Positions 25,301 through 43,868 of a DNA stretch of 64,000 nucleotides are shown here, one piece after another (within the stretch, counting starts at the first letter, position 1; each line of letters starts with the position of its first letter). The notes beneath the pieces are model-generated. The model had not been told where the DNA came from and did not search any database. It worked only from the letters and a program-made list of their open reading frames with translations. Origin of the DNA: Bugula neritina (taxonomy: Eukaryota > Animalia > Bryozoa); NCBI GenBank assembly GCA_964035545.1, contig OZ037769.1, positions 12,740,633 through 12,804,632 of the forward strand. Direction: 5' to 3'. Both the position numbers and the translations under genes were made by a program.

Positions 25301-26727
25301 TAGCTGGCTGATACCGAAGCCCAGCTATTTAATTATTTTTGATAAAAATAGCTTATTATCACAAAGAAAAACAATGCATTTATCACTTTTAATTGCTGAT
25401 AAAAATTAGCATATTTGTATTTAGTAGAAATAATTTGAAGCTAATAAATAGGAAATTTCTTTAAGACTCTGTAGAAGTGCATTATATTAAGTTTTGCTTA
25501 AAAATCTTCAATCCTAACTGCATGATATATCAGCTCACTTCAGCATATTTTTGGAACTAACTATTAACCATTTATATTAGACATAATATTATAATAAACT
25601 TTTTCTCTAATTAAATGCATATATTATGTAGTATATTACTAATTATTTTATCGCTATTTGTTTTTGGTAAAATATTAACTCTATCCCACATATATCTAAA
25701 CTCAGCATTAAATTTTCTATGCTACTATATCAGCTGCCTAAAAATGAAAAAAATACTTTTTAATTGCTTTTACAAGATTGTCAAACGGAATTTTTAGAAT
25801 TCAACATAATATATAGAAAGTTTTCATTTACGTTCAACTATATAAAAATGCTTTTAAATTGCTAGAAAGTAGGGCAGAATTATTAGGTTCATGCTGATCA
25901 AGTATGACAATAAAAATATAGAAATGTGTCATCAGTGTTTCAACTATCTTAATTGCTTTGCTTTACTTAAATTCAACAGCATTTTATGTTACAGAATCAT
26001 GAATATTTTCATAGCTTGGTGTTCTTGTTTTGTGTTCACAGTGACATATCTGCACATTAAAGAAATTTTAATCAATTAATTTCGAGACAGCCTAAGTTTT
26101 GTTTAGGCATCAAAAACAATGAATTTGAAGTTATTTAAATTGAAGATTTTATTAAACATAAGTTAGACATAATTATGCACACTATTTGTTATTAAACTTG
26201 TAGTTCTATACAAGGGCATAGATGTACTGTCTAGCATCATGTTCTATAATCAGGTCTATAATTACTATGTTTCTATAATTTAAATAGATTCGTACTGAAT
26301 GTATGTCATATGAATGAATTTGTATTGTGTTTTTCAATAAACCACCATGGCTTTGGTCTCATTTTATTAACAGCATCCCATGCATCCAATAAAAAATAGC
26401 ATAGAAAAATATTACAGAGTATAATAAAGTAATATTAATTATCAGTCAGAATGTGACACAAGTATATATATAATAAAATCATGCATTTTAAAGCAAGTAT
26501 CAATCTGTTTAATAACCCTCTTGTCAGTTCAAGAAAAAAACTACCAAATTTATTTGTCACTATTAAAAGAGTTTAGCAACTACAGTATAAGCTAAATGTT
26601 TATAAAAGTAAATTTAGACAAAAAATGAATTATATTAACAGCATATGGACTATAGAGTCAATCATGTAAAGTGCAACACTTTTTGCTTAAAATGGTTGTA
26701 ATTTCACTGGGACAGACTTGGAAAATA

Positions 26728-29700
26728 TCAAGGGTTATTTACTATCTTAATGTTCCCTGGAGAGTCATATTCACGAGGTGTCAAGTTAACATTTAGTCCA
26801 GCCAGTTGTCCTAAAACAAAATAAAATAAATTTTCTTACTAAAAAATTCTTAATTATTCTAAATTTATTGTTATAGTTGCTATTTGAATTTGTTTAGAGT
26901 CAATAAGTTAAATGCATGCAACACTTTTACAGTAGATAAACTTGGTCTTGCCTATTTGGAGTTGTCTGTACGTTGGAGAATATATTGGGACTTTAGCACT
27001 GGCAGCTGTTTTAATTCTGTTGACAGTTTTTGTGTATTGTTTTACCATCGTATCAATCTTGCTGTTGCAAACTTCAAGTACTGCTTTTACCACATTTGCC
27101 AAGCTAGATTTATCTCTATCTAGACGCTGTGCAAAATGGATGAGCTCATTGGTTACTGCAGCTTCATACTGGTTGGCATCTGTCATTAACTGCTGGGCCT
27201 GATCTTCGATAACCTTCGATAACTTTGATCTGAAACAATTAATTTACAAAGCACAGATCTAATTTTCATTTTAAATTTACAAAACAATGAAAACATTTTG
27301 GTAGTTTATAAAGATGTCAATGCACATAATTTTGAAATCGGATATAAATTATTGTATGAGTGGTAATTAATCTATGATACCAACAGCAAAATGTCATTCA
27401 GAAGAAAATTTTTGGTTACACTGTATAATATATATATATACACTGTCACAATTGTATGGTGTGTATATATTTAAAAAAATATATGTTTTTAATATTTTGG
27501 TAAGTTATTACCCTGACATCATGTACTATATTTCCTTTCGATACCAACGTCATTTTCGCAATAAATAAATGAAAAATTTATTAAAAAAGTTATTAAAAAA
27601 GTTATATAGAAACCTAAAAATTTTCAGAAAATGATCATTCAATTTCAAGCAAGCGTTGCAGGTTTTGATTAAACTATATTATTATAAATTGCTATCTTTA
27701 GCTGCATGTATAAGCTTAAGCTATAAGTTCTGTAGATGAAATAAGTTTTAAGAAATTGATACTAAAACTACTTGTAGATGGTTAAGCAATGAAACTCAGC
27801 TTGAGACACCAACAAACTTTATTCTGTTTATAAAAAGAATTTTACATTTAAAGGAGATTCTATAATACACTTAACTAGAGTAGATAATAATATATTGTTA
27901 AATTACAGCAAAACAATACAACAAAGCAGAACTACCTGTTGATTTTTTTGAGTTTCTATAGTCTTTCTCATTTCTCTACACTGCTCCTCAACTGTGTCCA
28001 TTATCAGACTGACTTTCTTTTCTTCTTTCTCTATGCAATCAACTTTTTCTGCAAGTTTTGTCATTAGGCCCCAAAGAGACCGTTTCAGATTTTCTTGCAT
28101 TACTTCTAAAGGCTGGTAATCATGACTTTTTACTGGCATTTCCATCTTTTGAGGGGATGGGATAGGAGCCCGCCCTGTAATTGTATTCAGTGCAAAAGAA
28201 TAAAACTTTTGCAAAATGGTGAAGATTTTATTCTGAAGCAAAACAAATTTTAATATGCAACAACAAAATCTGAATAGATACTAAAATTGGCAATAAGCAC
28301 ACTTGGCTACTTTTCACAATTAAGCATAAAATAATATAAAATATCCTATAAGCACTAAATATTTATTCAAATTAGTACAGAAGTGATAGCAAATATAATG
28401 CACTTATTAAGGGAAAATGTATTCTTTTCTTTCCAACCTTATTTAAAAGCAGTAGGATGTTAGAAAAACAATTGTAAAAGCACATATCAGCTGCATGCCT
28501 TTTGTGATATCATCAGGCAAACTCATGATTAAAAAAATTCTATAAAATTTCATTTGAATATGTATTTTGTCTTATTACTTTTTAAATGGTATATTCACTG
28601 CAAACAAACAGCCTAGTTAACTATACCAAAGCTGTCCCCAGTAGGCGTCTTTTATACAAGTATTGTATTATTAGTGCTTACCAGTGTTGCATATGCTAGA
28701 AGAGGTGTGCTTATTAGCAATTTCCTTATATACCAGTGGTGTAACTCAGAGGGGCATGCTTACCAGCAGCGTAGTTATCAGGAGTGTAGCTAGCAGGGGC
28801 GTGCTTACCATGGCACTGTGCTTACCAGTAATATAGTTAGAAGATGCCCAGTGGCTATAGGAAAGGTGTACATAGCAGGGGTGTGGTTTGGAGGGGTGTA
28901 CCTAGCAGGGGTGTACCTAACATGGGTGTATCTAGCAAAGGTGTGGCGAGGAGGGGTGTACTTACCAAGGGTGTACCTAGAAGGGGTGTACCTAGCAGGG
29001 GTGTTCTGAGGGGCGGCAGACTCACAAGTTGGATTCTTCTGATGACAATGTACACAGTTATACTGAAAGCAGACCTTGCAAATCATGTTGATGACTTGCT
29101 GCTGATGACTCTCACAGGTAAGAGTTCTGCTGAGTTCTGCTCTATTTGACTCACACATGCTCACATCTACCACGGTGTGAGACATGCCGAAATAACCATT
29201 GTGATGCTGCAGAAAGTAGAACATATGTCACATGGTATTTCATTCTTGAAAAAATCCATGGGTGTCATGCAGTAAAGCAACTTGAACTGTGTAATCAATA
29301 TTTTGCAGCACAATTGTTATTGCGTAAACAAATTAAAACAAAGCAGCATTGTTTGTGTATTTTTATACTTCTGCAATACCTAATGTCTAAATGCACCTAT
29401 ACACATGTATATACAATAGCTAAAAATATATTCAGTAGAATCACCTAATAATATGACAATAGCAATGGTTGCAAATATCTATAACGCATGCGAAGATTTT
29501 GGGGAACAATGATCGAATCAACTTGAACTGTACAATCAACGTTTTAACATAAATCCTATTGTATAAACATTGCATTTTGGTAATGATCAATCTTCATAGC
29601 ACTTTTATAATAGAAGAAGTAGTTTAAAATATTTAGTGAACCCAGCCTAATGATATGACAATAGCATTGGTCGCAAATATCTAAAACATAACAAGTTAGA

Positions 29701-30587
29701 CAAACTACTGAAAGGATATGTAAAGAGCATATGACAACCTCCATGTGTTGAGGGCAAATCTTGTCACAGCAGTCAACACAATAGCTAACTGCAGCATTTG
29801 GAATTTCACATCTATCACAGTTTGGCTTGGATGTCTTGTCGGGTAACTCCTTTTGGGCTGGAGCTGGTAGATCATTGAATTGTACAATGTTGCATTCTTG
29901 CCTAAATGATGTGATGACTACACATAATATAGCAGCATAGCTTTATAGGTTTCATGTCAGTAGCATAATTTAAAATATATATGAATATTTTACAGCAAAA
30001 ATTCCAACCAAATAATTTTGCTTGTAACATGCAACTGCTATTATTTACCAAAAATATTTACAGAGTCTCTCACGTAGTGCTGAAATTACCCAGTAGTCTT
30101 GGGTTCGAATCCAAGTGGAAGCAAAAGTAATATAACTTACAGCGCACTTTATATGAGTAAGTGTTTATCAAAAATCTGTTGCAAATGTTTACAGTCCCAA
30201 GAGCTTTGTATATCACAAGTTATAAAAAGCATAAGCATACCACTATGTATACTAACTTTTAGTTCAATTTTCACTAGATTTAATTCAAATGAAATCTCAC
30301 TCATATTATAGCATTAGTATATCAATTATTATCAAAACGACTATAGCAACATTTATATTGTATTTATTTACATTAATAAACCTTCGCTAAGTTTTGAGTT
30401 TTGAGTATTGAATGAAAGTTTACTTGCATGTAGCACAGACATGAATGTCAACATTCATTCTTTGAGAGCTCTGAAAGTTTTCCTGCAGACAAGCTAAACA
30501 GAAGGAATGCCCACAAGGTAACTGCTTTGGATTTACCATGTTCACCAGTTGCTGAAGGCAGTATGCACAGGAAACTTCTTCTGCCAT
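26728..30587 (-). pseudogene. TRIM (RING-Bbox1-Bbox2-coiled coil) copy A, frameshifted
   Basis: Exons 30587-30424 (MAEEVSCAYC...LPCGHSFCLAC...CATC, C3HC4 RING), 29901-29739, 29206-28966, 28174-27936, 27229-26952, 26810-26728. A 10-bp tandem duplication (27204-27223) shifts exon 5 to a TGA at 27164. The exon 5 donor is GC where copy B has GT. Confidence 0.8.
28700..29005. repeat. 15-bp minisatellite (AGGGGTGTACCTAGC) spanning the TRIM-A exon 3 donor
   Basis: Visible directly; encodes TPARY units on the minus strand. Confidence 0.9.
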
Positions 30588-32850
30588 TATTTTCACTCTG
30601 TTTAACTGTGCACTCTGTAGTATCTCTCAAAACCTGTTAGTAAGATATTACAGAGAACTAAAACTAAAACTAAAAAATTAAAATTTTTGTTAATCTTTAA
30701 TAAATCAAATTTCAGCTCACAAAATAGTTAAAACAGTTTATATTAGATGAAAAATTTCACACAGGGCGTTGCAAAAAGCTATATTTGCCAAAAAAACTTA
30801 CAGGTGAAAAATTGGCCCTATCTTAGTGAGTAAAATGTTTATGCCTTAATTAACTTTAATGAACAAGAATAACAGCTACATGAGACCAACTTTCATGATG
30901 CTAGTCTTTAGACTGGCACAAAAGTTTTCAAAACCTATGCTCAAAAACGCTCTTTTTGATTCAGCTAGCCCCACCCTTCCCTACCCAATTCCATATATCA
31001 TACAAACTACAGTAGAAGGGTCCTCAGCCTAAACCCTCCCACCCTGTCATCACAATAGCAACACTGCACTTGAACCTAGGAAAACTCAAATGTGCCAAAT
31101 AGCTCATTGCATGATAACAATTATATGCGATATTAATAAACTTCTTGCTACATATTATATAATTTATTCAAAAATGGAGTTTATTATAGGTACTGCAGTG
31201 TACCACTGTTGTACTCACCAGTCGTCTGTCTTGCTAACTGACTATATAAACCAGTATGCTATGTATGGCTATATACCAGTATACCAGTTATAGTTACCAG
31301 CCGAATGTTCCGTTATCTCACTAACCAGCTCAATATGCTATCAATTGTAAAGTAGCCTGCGTGTTGAGATGGAGTCCTTTTGGAAATTTTGAAATTTAGC
31401 AGTGACTACTTGCACCTTTCTTTTTTAACAAGTAGCATGCGAGCAAATGCTTTGAATTACCCTATTTGTTTCATGGCCAATGAGGCAGGAAAAATCAATT
31501 AAGTCGCTGCAAAACAATACAACCAGCTGCAAAATATCATCCATATTGTGATAAAGGTTTGCTTGTTTTTGCCATACCTCTCATCTGTTGCTATGCGATG
31601 AAGTGCTTAATGCTCTTCTGTTGAATGCCACTGGTGGACCATATATGTCCCTTCAAGCAACACTATATCCACAGATCCAGTGCAACGGATCAACGGATTA
31701 TACATGGTCTTTTATCTATATAAACAATAGCCCTTACTTTAAACTTCTAGTTTTTAACCAAATAATCTGAAAGCTTGTGTAATTAATGTTTATGGTGCAG
31801 CTTGGTGATTTTTAGATAATTATAGCCGTTAAATCTGATTAAATAAATAGCTACCAAGCCAGCTATTTGCGTTTTAATCTACTCGCAAATGCAACGAACT
31901 GCTATCAAATTATATGGAGCCAGTTTATTGTATTCAGATTATATTTAGAAGAACATTTAAATAAACAGAAATGTTGAAGTCACAATATTTTAAATTATAT
32001 TATCAATTTGTTTTATCATTTTGATTTTTCAATTTTTAAATGGCTGTTTTGAGAGGCCTAATTAAAATGACTGATTTTAGGTGGAATTGCGGTTTCCTGT
32101 CACTTTAAAAAGCTTTTTGTAATAGGAAATATTCTTAAAAATATAATACCCAATTTATTCGAGGCCAAAATCTATTGTAACTTTTTAATAACAAAATAAA
32201 AACTTATGCAAAAGTTGACGGCAAATTTCGCGATAAACTCAAACGAGCCATAAAATTACATAACTTTAAAGTTGATCACGTAAGGGTTAAGACTTGTCTT
32301 ATATGTATTGATGAGCACTGCTGGTCATTAATTTGGGATTTTGTATGACAATTTTTTAGTTCCTGGATAGCTTTTTTGTGTTTATTTGCAGTAGTTTTGG
32401 TTTTATTTATAGGATCTGCCAGATAAACCAATTTTTTGGAAGACCAAACAATATCAATACAGTTTGGTCTTCCATAAAACTAGCCAATAGATGCACTTTC
32501 CATTCAATTCTCGGACTTTTATATACTTCATATACCAAATTGCTCTTTGATAGAATGAGGTCGTCTCGTACTCAGATCATATCACTGTATTTTTTTCCAG
32601 CTTATCTTACTGTTGCTCATAAGGCACATTAGGCTGGTGTGAACAAATAGATCTGATTCTGCACTATCGAGACTGCTCAAGACCTACTCGAAGGCTGTAA
32701 ATTATTCAGATTGTGTGAAACTTAAGACCATTCTCTACATATGCTGATGCTAAATTTTGGTGGTGCATGGATACCTTTTATATTTATATGTCTACACTAC
32801 TACAAAAATAATAAATAATAATTTTTAGATTTCTGAAAACTATGTTTTAT

Positions 32851-32953
32851 TATAAATGAGATGGAATAATTTTAGAGCATCCAATGCTTTAGATTAAAAT
32901 ATAAGGATAATTTATAACATTTGATGCTCTAAAATTATTCCATTTCATTTATA
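32851..32953. repeat. ~36-bp-arm inverted repeat (fold-back)
   Basis: TATAAATGAGATGGAATAATTTTAGAGCATCCAATG ... CATTTGATGCTCTAAAATTATTCCATTTCATTTATA. Confidence 0.9.
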
Positions 32954-32964
32954 TATATGTGCGT

Positions 32965-33333
<369 letters not shown>

Positions 33334-33863
33334 TGTAAAGAAGACAAGACAAACAAACTTAAACCAAGCAACTTTAGGAGCTTTGCTTCATTTAATTATT
33401 TATTTATAGCAAGTTATAGTTTCAGTTATAAACAGTGACTGTAAAATTTCACAATGGTGAGATCTATACTAGGCTGTAAACCCAATGCATTAGAAATTTT
33501 TAAATTTGATAATCTTATTTAATTTCAGGAATTAAACTTAGTTTGTAGCACTATTAAATGGAATAGACTGTTGAATTTAAACAGAATCCATAATATTTTT
33601 TAACTTATAAAAAATCCAAAGTTATTGGTTGAATTTACTAGTATAGCTTACAAAATTGTACTTCTCTTAAAACCTATGCTCTGCAAGCATTCAGAGCATA
33701 GCATAGATAAAAAAATATTTACAGAAGATATGATGTCATTGTGAACAAACATCTTGTATGATAACCTTACTATCACATGCACAGCATATATATATTGCTT
33801 CCTCTCTTAGTCTTTCTATAAGTTTGTTGGTTAATATAATACCTGTGAAATCACAGCATCGCA

Positions 33864-37510
<3,647 letters not shown>

Positions 37511-38134
37511 ATATACATTACAAATTAACCTAACGACTTTTTCTGGTCAGCAGAAAAGAAAAATTCAATATTTCCATTATTAAATATCACTATCACTTGC
37601 TTAATTACAGTGCAACTACTTTTTTATGACACAAGCTCATATGATGTTGAGGGTTATGTGGCTAAAAGCTAGTTTTCAAATAAAACTATTTTGGTAGGCT
37701 GATAGCTGCTAAGAAGAGTTCTAAAGGGGAAGCAGTAGAGGTTGTACTTCACTCTTCCTGTGCCAATAAAAAGAAGTCGTATGATGGGAACTCAGACACC
37801 TGTTGGTAATTACTGATGTTGTGTAATTGAACTTATATATGTCATTATGACCTAGATAATATCCATTATACAATGATCCTAATCTGTCATTTAAAACAAG
37901 TCATAATTGGTTTTTAATTTGATTTCAACCAAATATGCTTCAGATTGTTGGTGTTGAAAAAATATCCTTCAAAATCATTTTTTGAAGAAATATTTTGAAG
38001 AATTATCTGTCAACTAATTTGAGGAAATAAAAAATGATTGTTAAAATGTCAAATTAAATTTGACTGTTGGATATTCCTAACATTGCATTAATATATGTGG
38101 TGGTGACCATGCACTTGCAAAATAACAATATATA

Positions 38135-38320
38135 ATATAAAGTTTCTACCAACACGTTTTCCTCCCTCTCATTCAGCTGTGAAGATTTCTTGTATCGATT
38201 TATCCTTCTGATCCAGTCACTCCACACCTCTCTAGCTCTACTAAATTTCAAGCCACTTGGTGGGTGTATACCTGTAGCTCCAGCAGCCATTTTACTATTT
38301 CTTATTTCAGAATGACACCA
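38135..38320 (-). mobile_element. Short LTR-retrotransposon relic: PBS plus gag N-terminus (Gypsy, Mag-like)
   Basis: TGGTGTCA PBS-like motif at 38320-38313, then MAAGATGIHPPSGLKFSRAREVWSDWIRRINRYKKSSQLNEREENVLVETLYY, which fits the W..W..R..RY...S.L gag pattern. Confidence 0.6.
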
Positions 38321-39522
38321 TGTATGCTTATACAAAAAGATCTTCATCTGATAGCTCTAATACTTTATTATTTGCAGAATTAATGCAAGAAATTTACTAA
38401 TTTACAATGTTATGCATCCAAAGAGCATGTTAAGAAGATGAATCTTTTGAATTTTTCTATATTTAATAGATGTTTCTAATGCTGACAATAAATAAAATGT
38501 ACAAGTTCTCTCCTGGACAAGCTAAGATATTGTTAGATGCCTTACTTGCAGTTAAAATAATAGAGTATTAGAACATATCCGCTAAAGCTCTTCTTATATA
38601 AACCTATATACTGTACTATAAATATTCCTAAATTTAAAACCTGGTATAAAAATGAACACATGCTGTTTATGATAGCTAACATAAGTCAACTGAAGTTCAA
38701 CAATGTGTTTTGCACCATGACTCCAAATACTGCCTTCATATGTATGAACAAATACAAAATCAACTGCACGTATAATAATAAGTCAAACATGCAAAATATG
38801 TTCTATGAAAGCATTTTTTATTATGAAATTATTAAATTTTCAAGACGTGCATTATAGACATACAATGTTGGCTATAAGCATTATTATCTAAATAAACTCT
38901 TAATACTCATACTTCAAATTTTTTCCTTGAAGATGCTTTCAAAATGGCAGTCAAGTTAAAATCTTCAAAGAAAAAATTTCTATTTGTGCTTTTAATAACT
39001 TTTTTATGTTAAAATAATATACTTTAAGCTTTACAAACATAATTGTGGCAACCAATGATATGTTATAGTGGTTATAGAGTATATACTGATTGCAACTAAC
39101 GGTGCAGAACAGGTGGTCATGTTATATAACATAATAATTATATAGACTATCAATCATTAAACTTGTATTTCTACATTAAGGGCATAAACTAAAATATCTA
39201 TATTATAGGGTCATGTTCTATAGCCAGATTTATATAGTAAAGTTATTATATATAATCGGCTAAAAAGTGAAACAATCAAGTAACAATACAATCATGCATG
39301 TTGAAGCAAATAGGAAATTGCTTATTTTTAGTTCAGCACATGCAGCTAAGCTTATAAGTTTAGCCTAGTGATCTGCTTTGCTTGTCAGTTGAAAAGAAAA
39401 GCATCAAGTTGATTAGTCATAACCATAAGAAAACTTTAAGCAAATAAACTAAATATTAAATGCAAATTTAAATACAAAATGGATATTAACAGCATATTGA
39501 AGATATAATCAGTCATTCAAAA

Positions 39523-42500
39523 TCATCTGTGAAAAAAATTATTATAAGGAAAAGAGGAGTCCGGTTTGGAGATTTTAAAACTATCCTTTAGTTTCTCAAA
39601 GCTGCCTGGGGAGGTATATTTACGAGGTGTCAAGGTAACATTTAGTTCAGCCAGTTGTCCTAAAATATTTTGCAAATATTTTTTTAAATGCTTTAATGCT
39701 TCAGCAGTTGATTTTCTGCTGAACTAACAATTAACATTTTCTTAGTAAAAAGGTTTCTTCTAAATTTATTGTTATATTGGCTATAACCTTTGCTATAAAA
39801 AATACTAAGTTTTATTATACTGCATGAAATTTGAATTTGCACCGAGTTGATAAGTTGAATGCAATAACACTTTCACAGTAAATTAACTAATTCTTACCAA
39901 TTCGGATTTGTCTGTATGTTGGAGAATATGTTGGCACTTCAAAATAAATAGCTGTTTTAATTCTGTTGACAGTTTTTGTATATTGCTTCACCATCAGATC
40001 AATCTCGCTGTTGCAAACTTCAAGTGCTGCTGACCTGACATTTTCCAGGCTAGATTTCTCTCCGCTCAGTTGCTGTGAAAAATTCACAAGCTCAGTGTTT
40101 ACTGTAGCTTCATAATGATTGACTTCCATTATTAACTGTCGGGCTTGATCTTCAATAGCTTTGATCTGAAACATTTAAGCTAAACGCTACTTTACAAAAG
40201 AAAGTTTTAATTCTTAATTTAGATTCCTAAAGCAATTGCGATGGTAGGTGATAATCTACACATAATTGTTATTCCATTTACCTACGTAATATGTATAATT
40301 GTAGGTTATAAATAATGCATTCTATAAAATAACTGTATATCTCCGTAATTGGTAATCTTTCTATATATAAACACTATAATTATAGATGACAATTAACATG
40401 CTTAAAAGAATTTTTCTTGTTTCAGCTGATGTAACGATTGCAATATTATAACTGAGTTTAAGGAAATAATATACATATAGACACCCATATTTTTTCAAAA
40501 TATTGTAATGCATTTTATAATAATTTAGTTATATAGGTATATAGGCTAAATATTCCATATTTTTATTCAATTATGCTACAAATTATCACCTTATAACATT
40601 AGATTTTATAGATGAGTTACAAGTTTTCAGATTTTGGCACTAAAATATTTTCATAGATGCTTAAAAGGTTTCATTACATATAGAAGTTTTTCAGTTAGAC
40701 ACATAGGCTAAATTTTCCACTTAGACGCTACCAACATATATTCCAATAATATTTAAATGAATTGCACATAAAGTACATAAACTGTACCAAAGTAAAAAAA
40801 GCATCTAACTGAAAAGTGTCTATGTCTGGGATGGAGCAGCTCAAACCATATTTCTCATGCAAACACTGGAAAAAGTTCATTTTATGGTTATTAGGCTATA
40901 ATATAATATATTATTTTTATAAATTTTTATATATATTGAAATAGCAGGTGTTAAGTGTTAAAATGTTGTTATATACATTTAGATCTTTTTCAATTCCTAT
41001 AGTCCATCTCATTTTTCTACACTGCTCCTCAACTGTATCCATTATCACACTGACTATTTTTTCTTCTTTCTGTATGCAATCAACTTTTTCTGCAATTTTT
41101 GTCATTAGGTCCCTGAAAGTGGTTTTCATAGTATCTTGCATTACTTCTAAAGGTTGGTAATCATGACTTTTTGCTAAAATTGGGATCCTTTGATAATCTA
41201 CAAATTTATTCAGTAACAAAAGGATAAAATTATTATATTATATTGATAAAAAAATAACATTATATTACTTTACAGCTGTTGGCTGTCACCACTTTGTTTA
41301 TATTTGTACTCAGAGTGCCAAATCTTTTGATAATAAGATGCTCGAGTTACACTGTATAAAATAGTCAGCACTGAATTGATAAAAGTTGATTGTTGAAGCC
41401 TGCTAATGATATATTTAGTTTATAAGGCTGCAGCTTAATATTATAGCTGCGTATATAATGCATGCTCAAGTAGTTCTGCTGACACGCTAAATTACCCTGA
41501 TAGACCCTTTTTCAATGCTCCTGGTATTCAGTTTACAACTATAACAGTTGCGTTTTCTTAGCAGTGAGTCAGTCAATTCTTAATGTAGAAAGCAAACTCA
41601 TTATAAATATAAAGTATGACTGCTACACAAAATCCTAATTATATGTGACAAAATTTGCCTTAATTTTAGAAGATAGATGCTTTGGTATAAGCACACATGT
41701 TTATATATAGCAGTTCAAAAATATTTCATGATAAATTTTAAGAAAATGAACTTCAAATGCTGAATATTGTATACATTGTAACGTGATCATTTTATTATCC
41801 AAAAACTTGAAAGGTTAACAGGTATAAACAGAGTGGTGACAGTCAGCATAACAAATAATTTATGGGACTTATATCTTAGCTGTCACTTAGTTGTTGCTCA
41901 ATAACCTAAACCGCAAACATGTTTTCAAGTTCATTTTTCACAAAATTTATCATGAAGGAATATTTTTTAAAATTTCTTATGAACTTCTATAATAAGTGTG
42001 CTTGCAATAAACATTTTTTCTACTAAAAGAGTAATTTTATAGTATGTTTGGAATTTTATGTAGCATTCAAATTTTTTTTCATTCATGTTGAGTTTGCTCT
42101 TTATATTTTAGTTTAACTATAATATAGACCTTCTAAGATGACACAACATTTTATAATTATAAATTGGATATCAGGGACAGTGGAAAAGGATCTATTTTCA
42201 CCTATCTCCACTTTGTCCGGTTCGGGTTATAGCAGGAGTGAAAAAGAGTCTATAATTAATTGCTACCTATAATAAAGGATTTGTCATTCACTTTTCGGAT
42301 TAATGAATAACTAACTCGTTGATGCGCATTACGATGCTGTGCTTATCAGTAGTGTACCTAGCAGAGGTTTACCTAGCAGGTGTGTACCTAGAAAGGGTAT
42401 ATCAAGCAGGGGTGAATCAAACAGGAGTGTACCAAACAGGGGTGTATACTTACTTGAGGCTTTCTTAGCAGTGGACTCGCAAGCTGGATTCTTCTGATGG

Positions 42501-43868
42501 CAATGTACACAGTTATACTGGAAGCAGACCTTGCAAATCATGTTGATGACTTGCTGCTGATGGTTCTCACAGGTAAGAGTTCTGCTGAGTTCTGCTCTAT
42601 TTGACTCACACATGCTCACATCTACCACGGTGTGAGACATGCCGAAATAACCATTGTGATGCTGCAGAAAGTAGAACATATGTCACATGGTATTTCACCT
42701 TAAGAAAGCTATTTCTGGGTGTAAGTAAAGCAACTTGAACTGTATAATCTATATTTCTAACAAAGATCCTATTGCGTAAACCAAGTAAAACCATACAGCA
42801 CTGTTTTAATTGGGAGTGGTCTTCATGCTTTTATAGTATACCTAATGTCTAAATAGTTAAGCTAAGAAGTAGCTAAAAAAATATTTGTTGGGCTCCGCCT
42901 AATGATATGACAATAGAAATTGTTGCAAATATCTATAGCATGACATTTTAGGAACAATAACAAAAATATATGTAAAGAGCATATGACAACCTCCATGTGT
43001 TGAGGGCAAATCTTGTCACAGCAGTCAACACAATAGCTAACTGCAGCATTTGGAATTTCACATCTATCACAGTTTGGCTTGGATGTCTTGTCTGGTAACT
43101 TCTTTTGTGCAGGAGCTGGTAGATCATTAAACCGTACAATGTTGCATTCTTGCCTAAAATAGTATTATTACTATACACGATATAGCAGCACGTAGCTTCA
43201 ATTAAACTGTTGTTATAACATCATATTTCAAAGATTCATGGGTAGGAACTCAATTCTAGATATTTGTAGGCAGTAATAACTACAACACCTGCTGGCATAT
43301 TCCAGTAATCTAAACTATTATTGATTGTATACAATTTATATCATAGCAAAAGATTCAACCATGCAAATATTATTGTGTCTAGGGTATTGCTATTCTTTTC
43401 CAAAACATTTCCAGTGTCAATCACGGTGCACTTTATAGGAGGAAGTGTTTACAAAAGTATGCTGTAAGTGTTTACATCCACGAGGGTGTTGTATATGTCA
43501 AAAGTTATAAAATTCATCAATATACGACTATGCACCAAGTTACACTACAATTATCACTGATCAACCTTGAATAAAATTTCACTCATATATAGCATTAGTA
43601 TACCAACTATTACCGAAACTATTAATAAGATAATTTATAGGTATTGCACTTTTCTTCAACTTTATGAACCTTTGTTAAATTTTGAGTGTTGAATAGATCG
43701 TTACCTGCATGTAGCACAGATATGGGTGCCAAAATTCAGTCCTCTAAAGCTCTGAAAGTCTTCCTGCAGACAAGCTAAGCAGAAGGAATGCCCACAGGGT
43801 AACTGCTTTGGGTTCACCATGTTCGCCAGTTGCTGAAGGCAGTATGCACAGGAAACTTCTTCTGCCAT
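39523..43868 (-). CDS. TRIM (RING-Bbox1-Bbox2-coiled coil) copy B, intact, 386 aa, no C-terminal domain
   Basis: Exons 43868-43705, 43153-42991, 42661-42454, 41197-40977, 40165-39898, 39659-39523; GT-AG, in phase, 1161 nt. RING CAYC..CGHSFCLAC..CATC; B-box1 CDRC..YCVDCCDKICPQH; B-box2 CENH..ICKVC..NCVHC; then heptad-rich helices. Confidence 0.9.

Noticed and set aside
32270-32290. piggyBac-like terminus (AGGG followed by TTAA)
   Set aside because: No matching left terminus found, so the element cannot be delimited.
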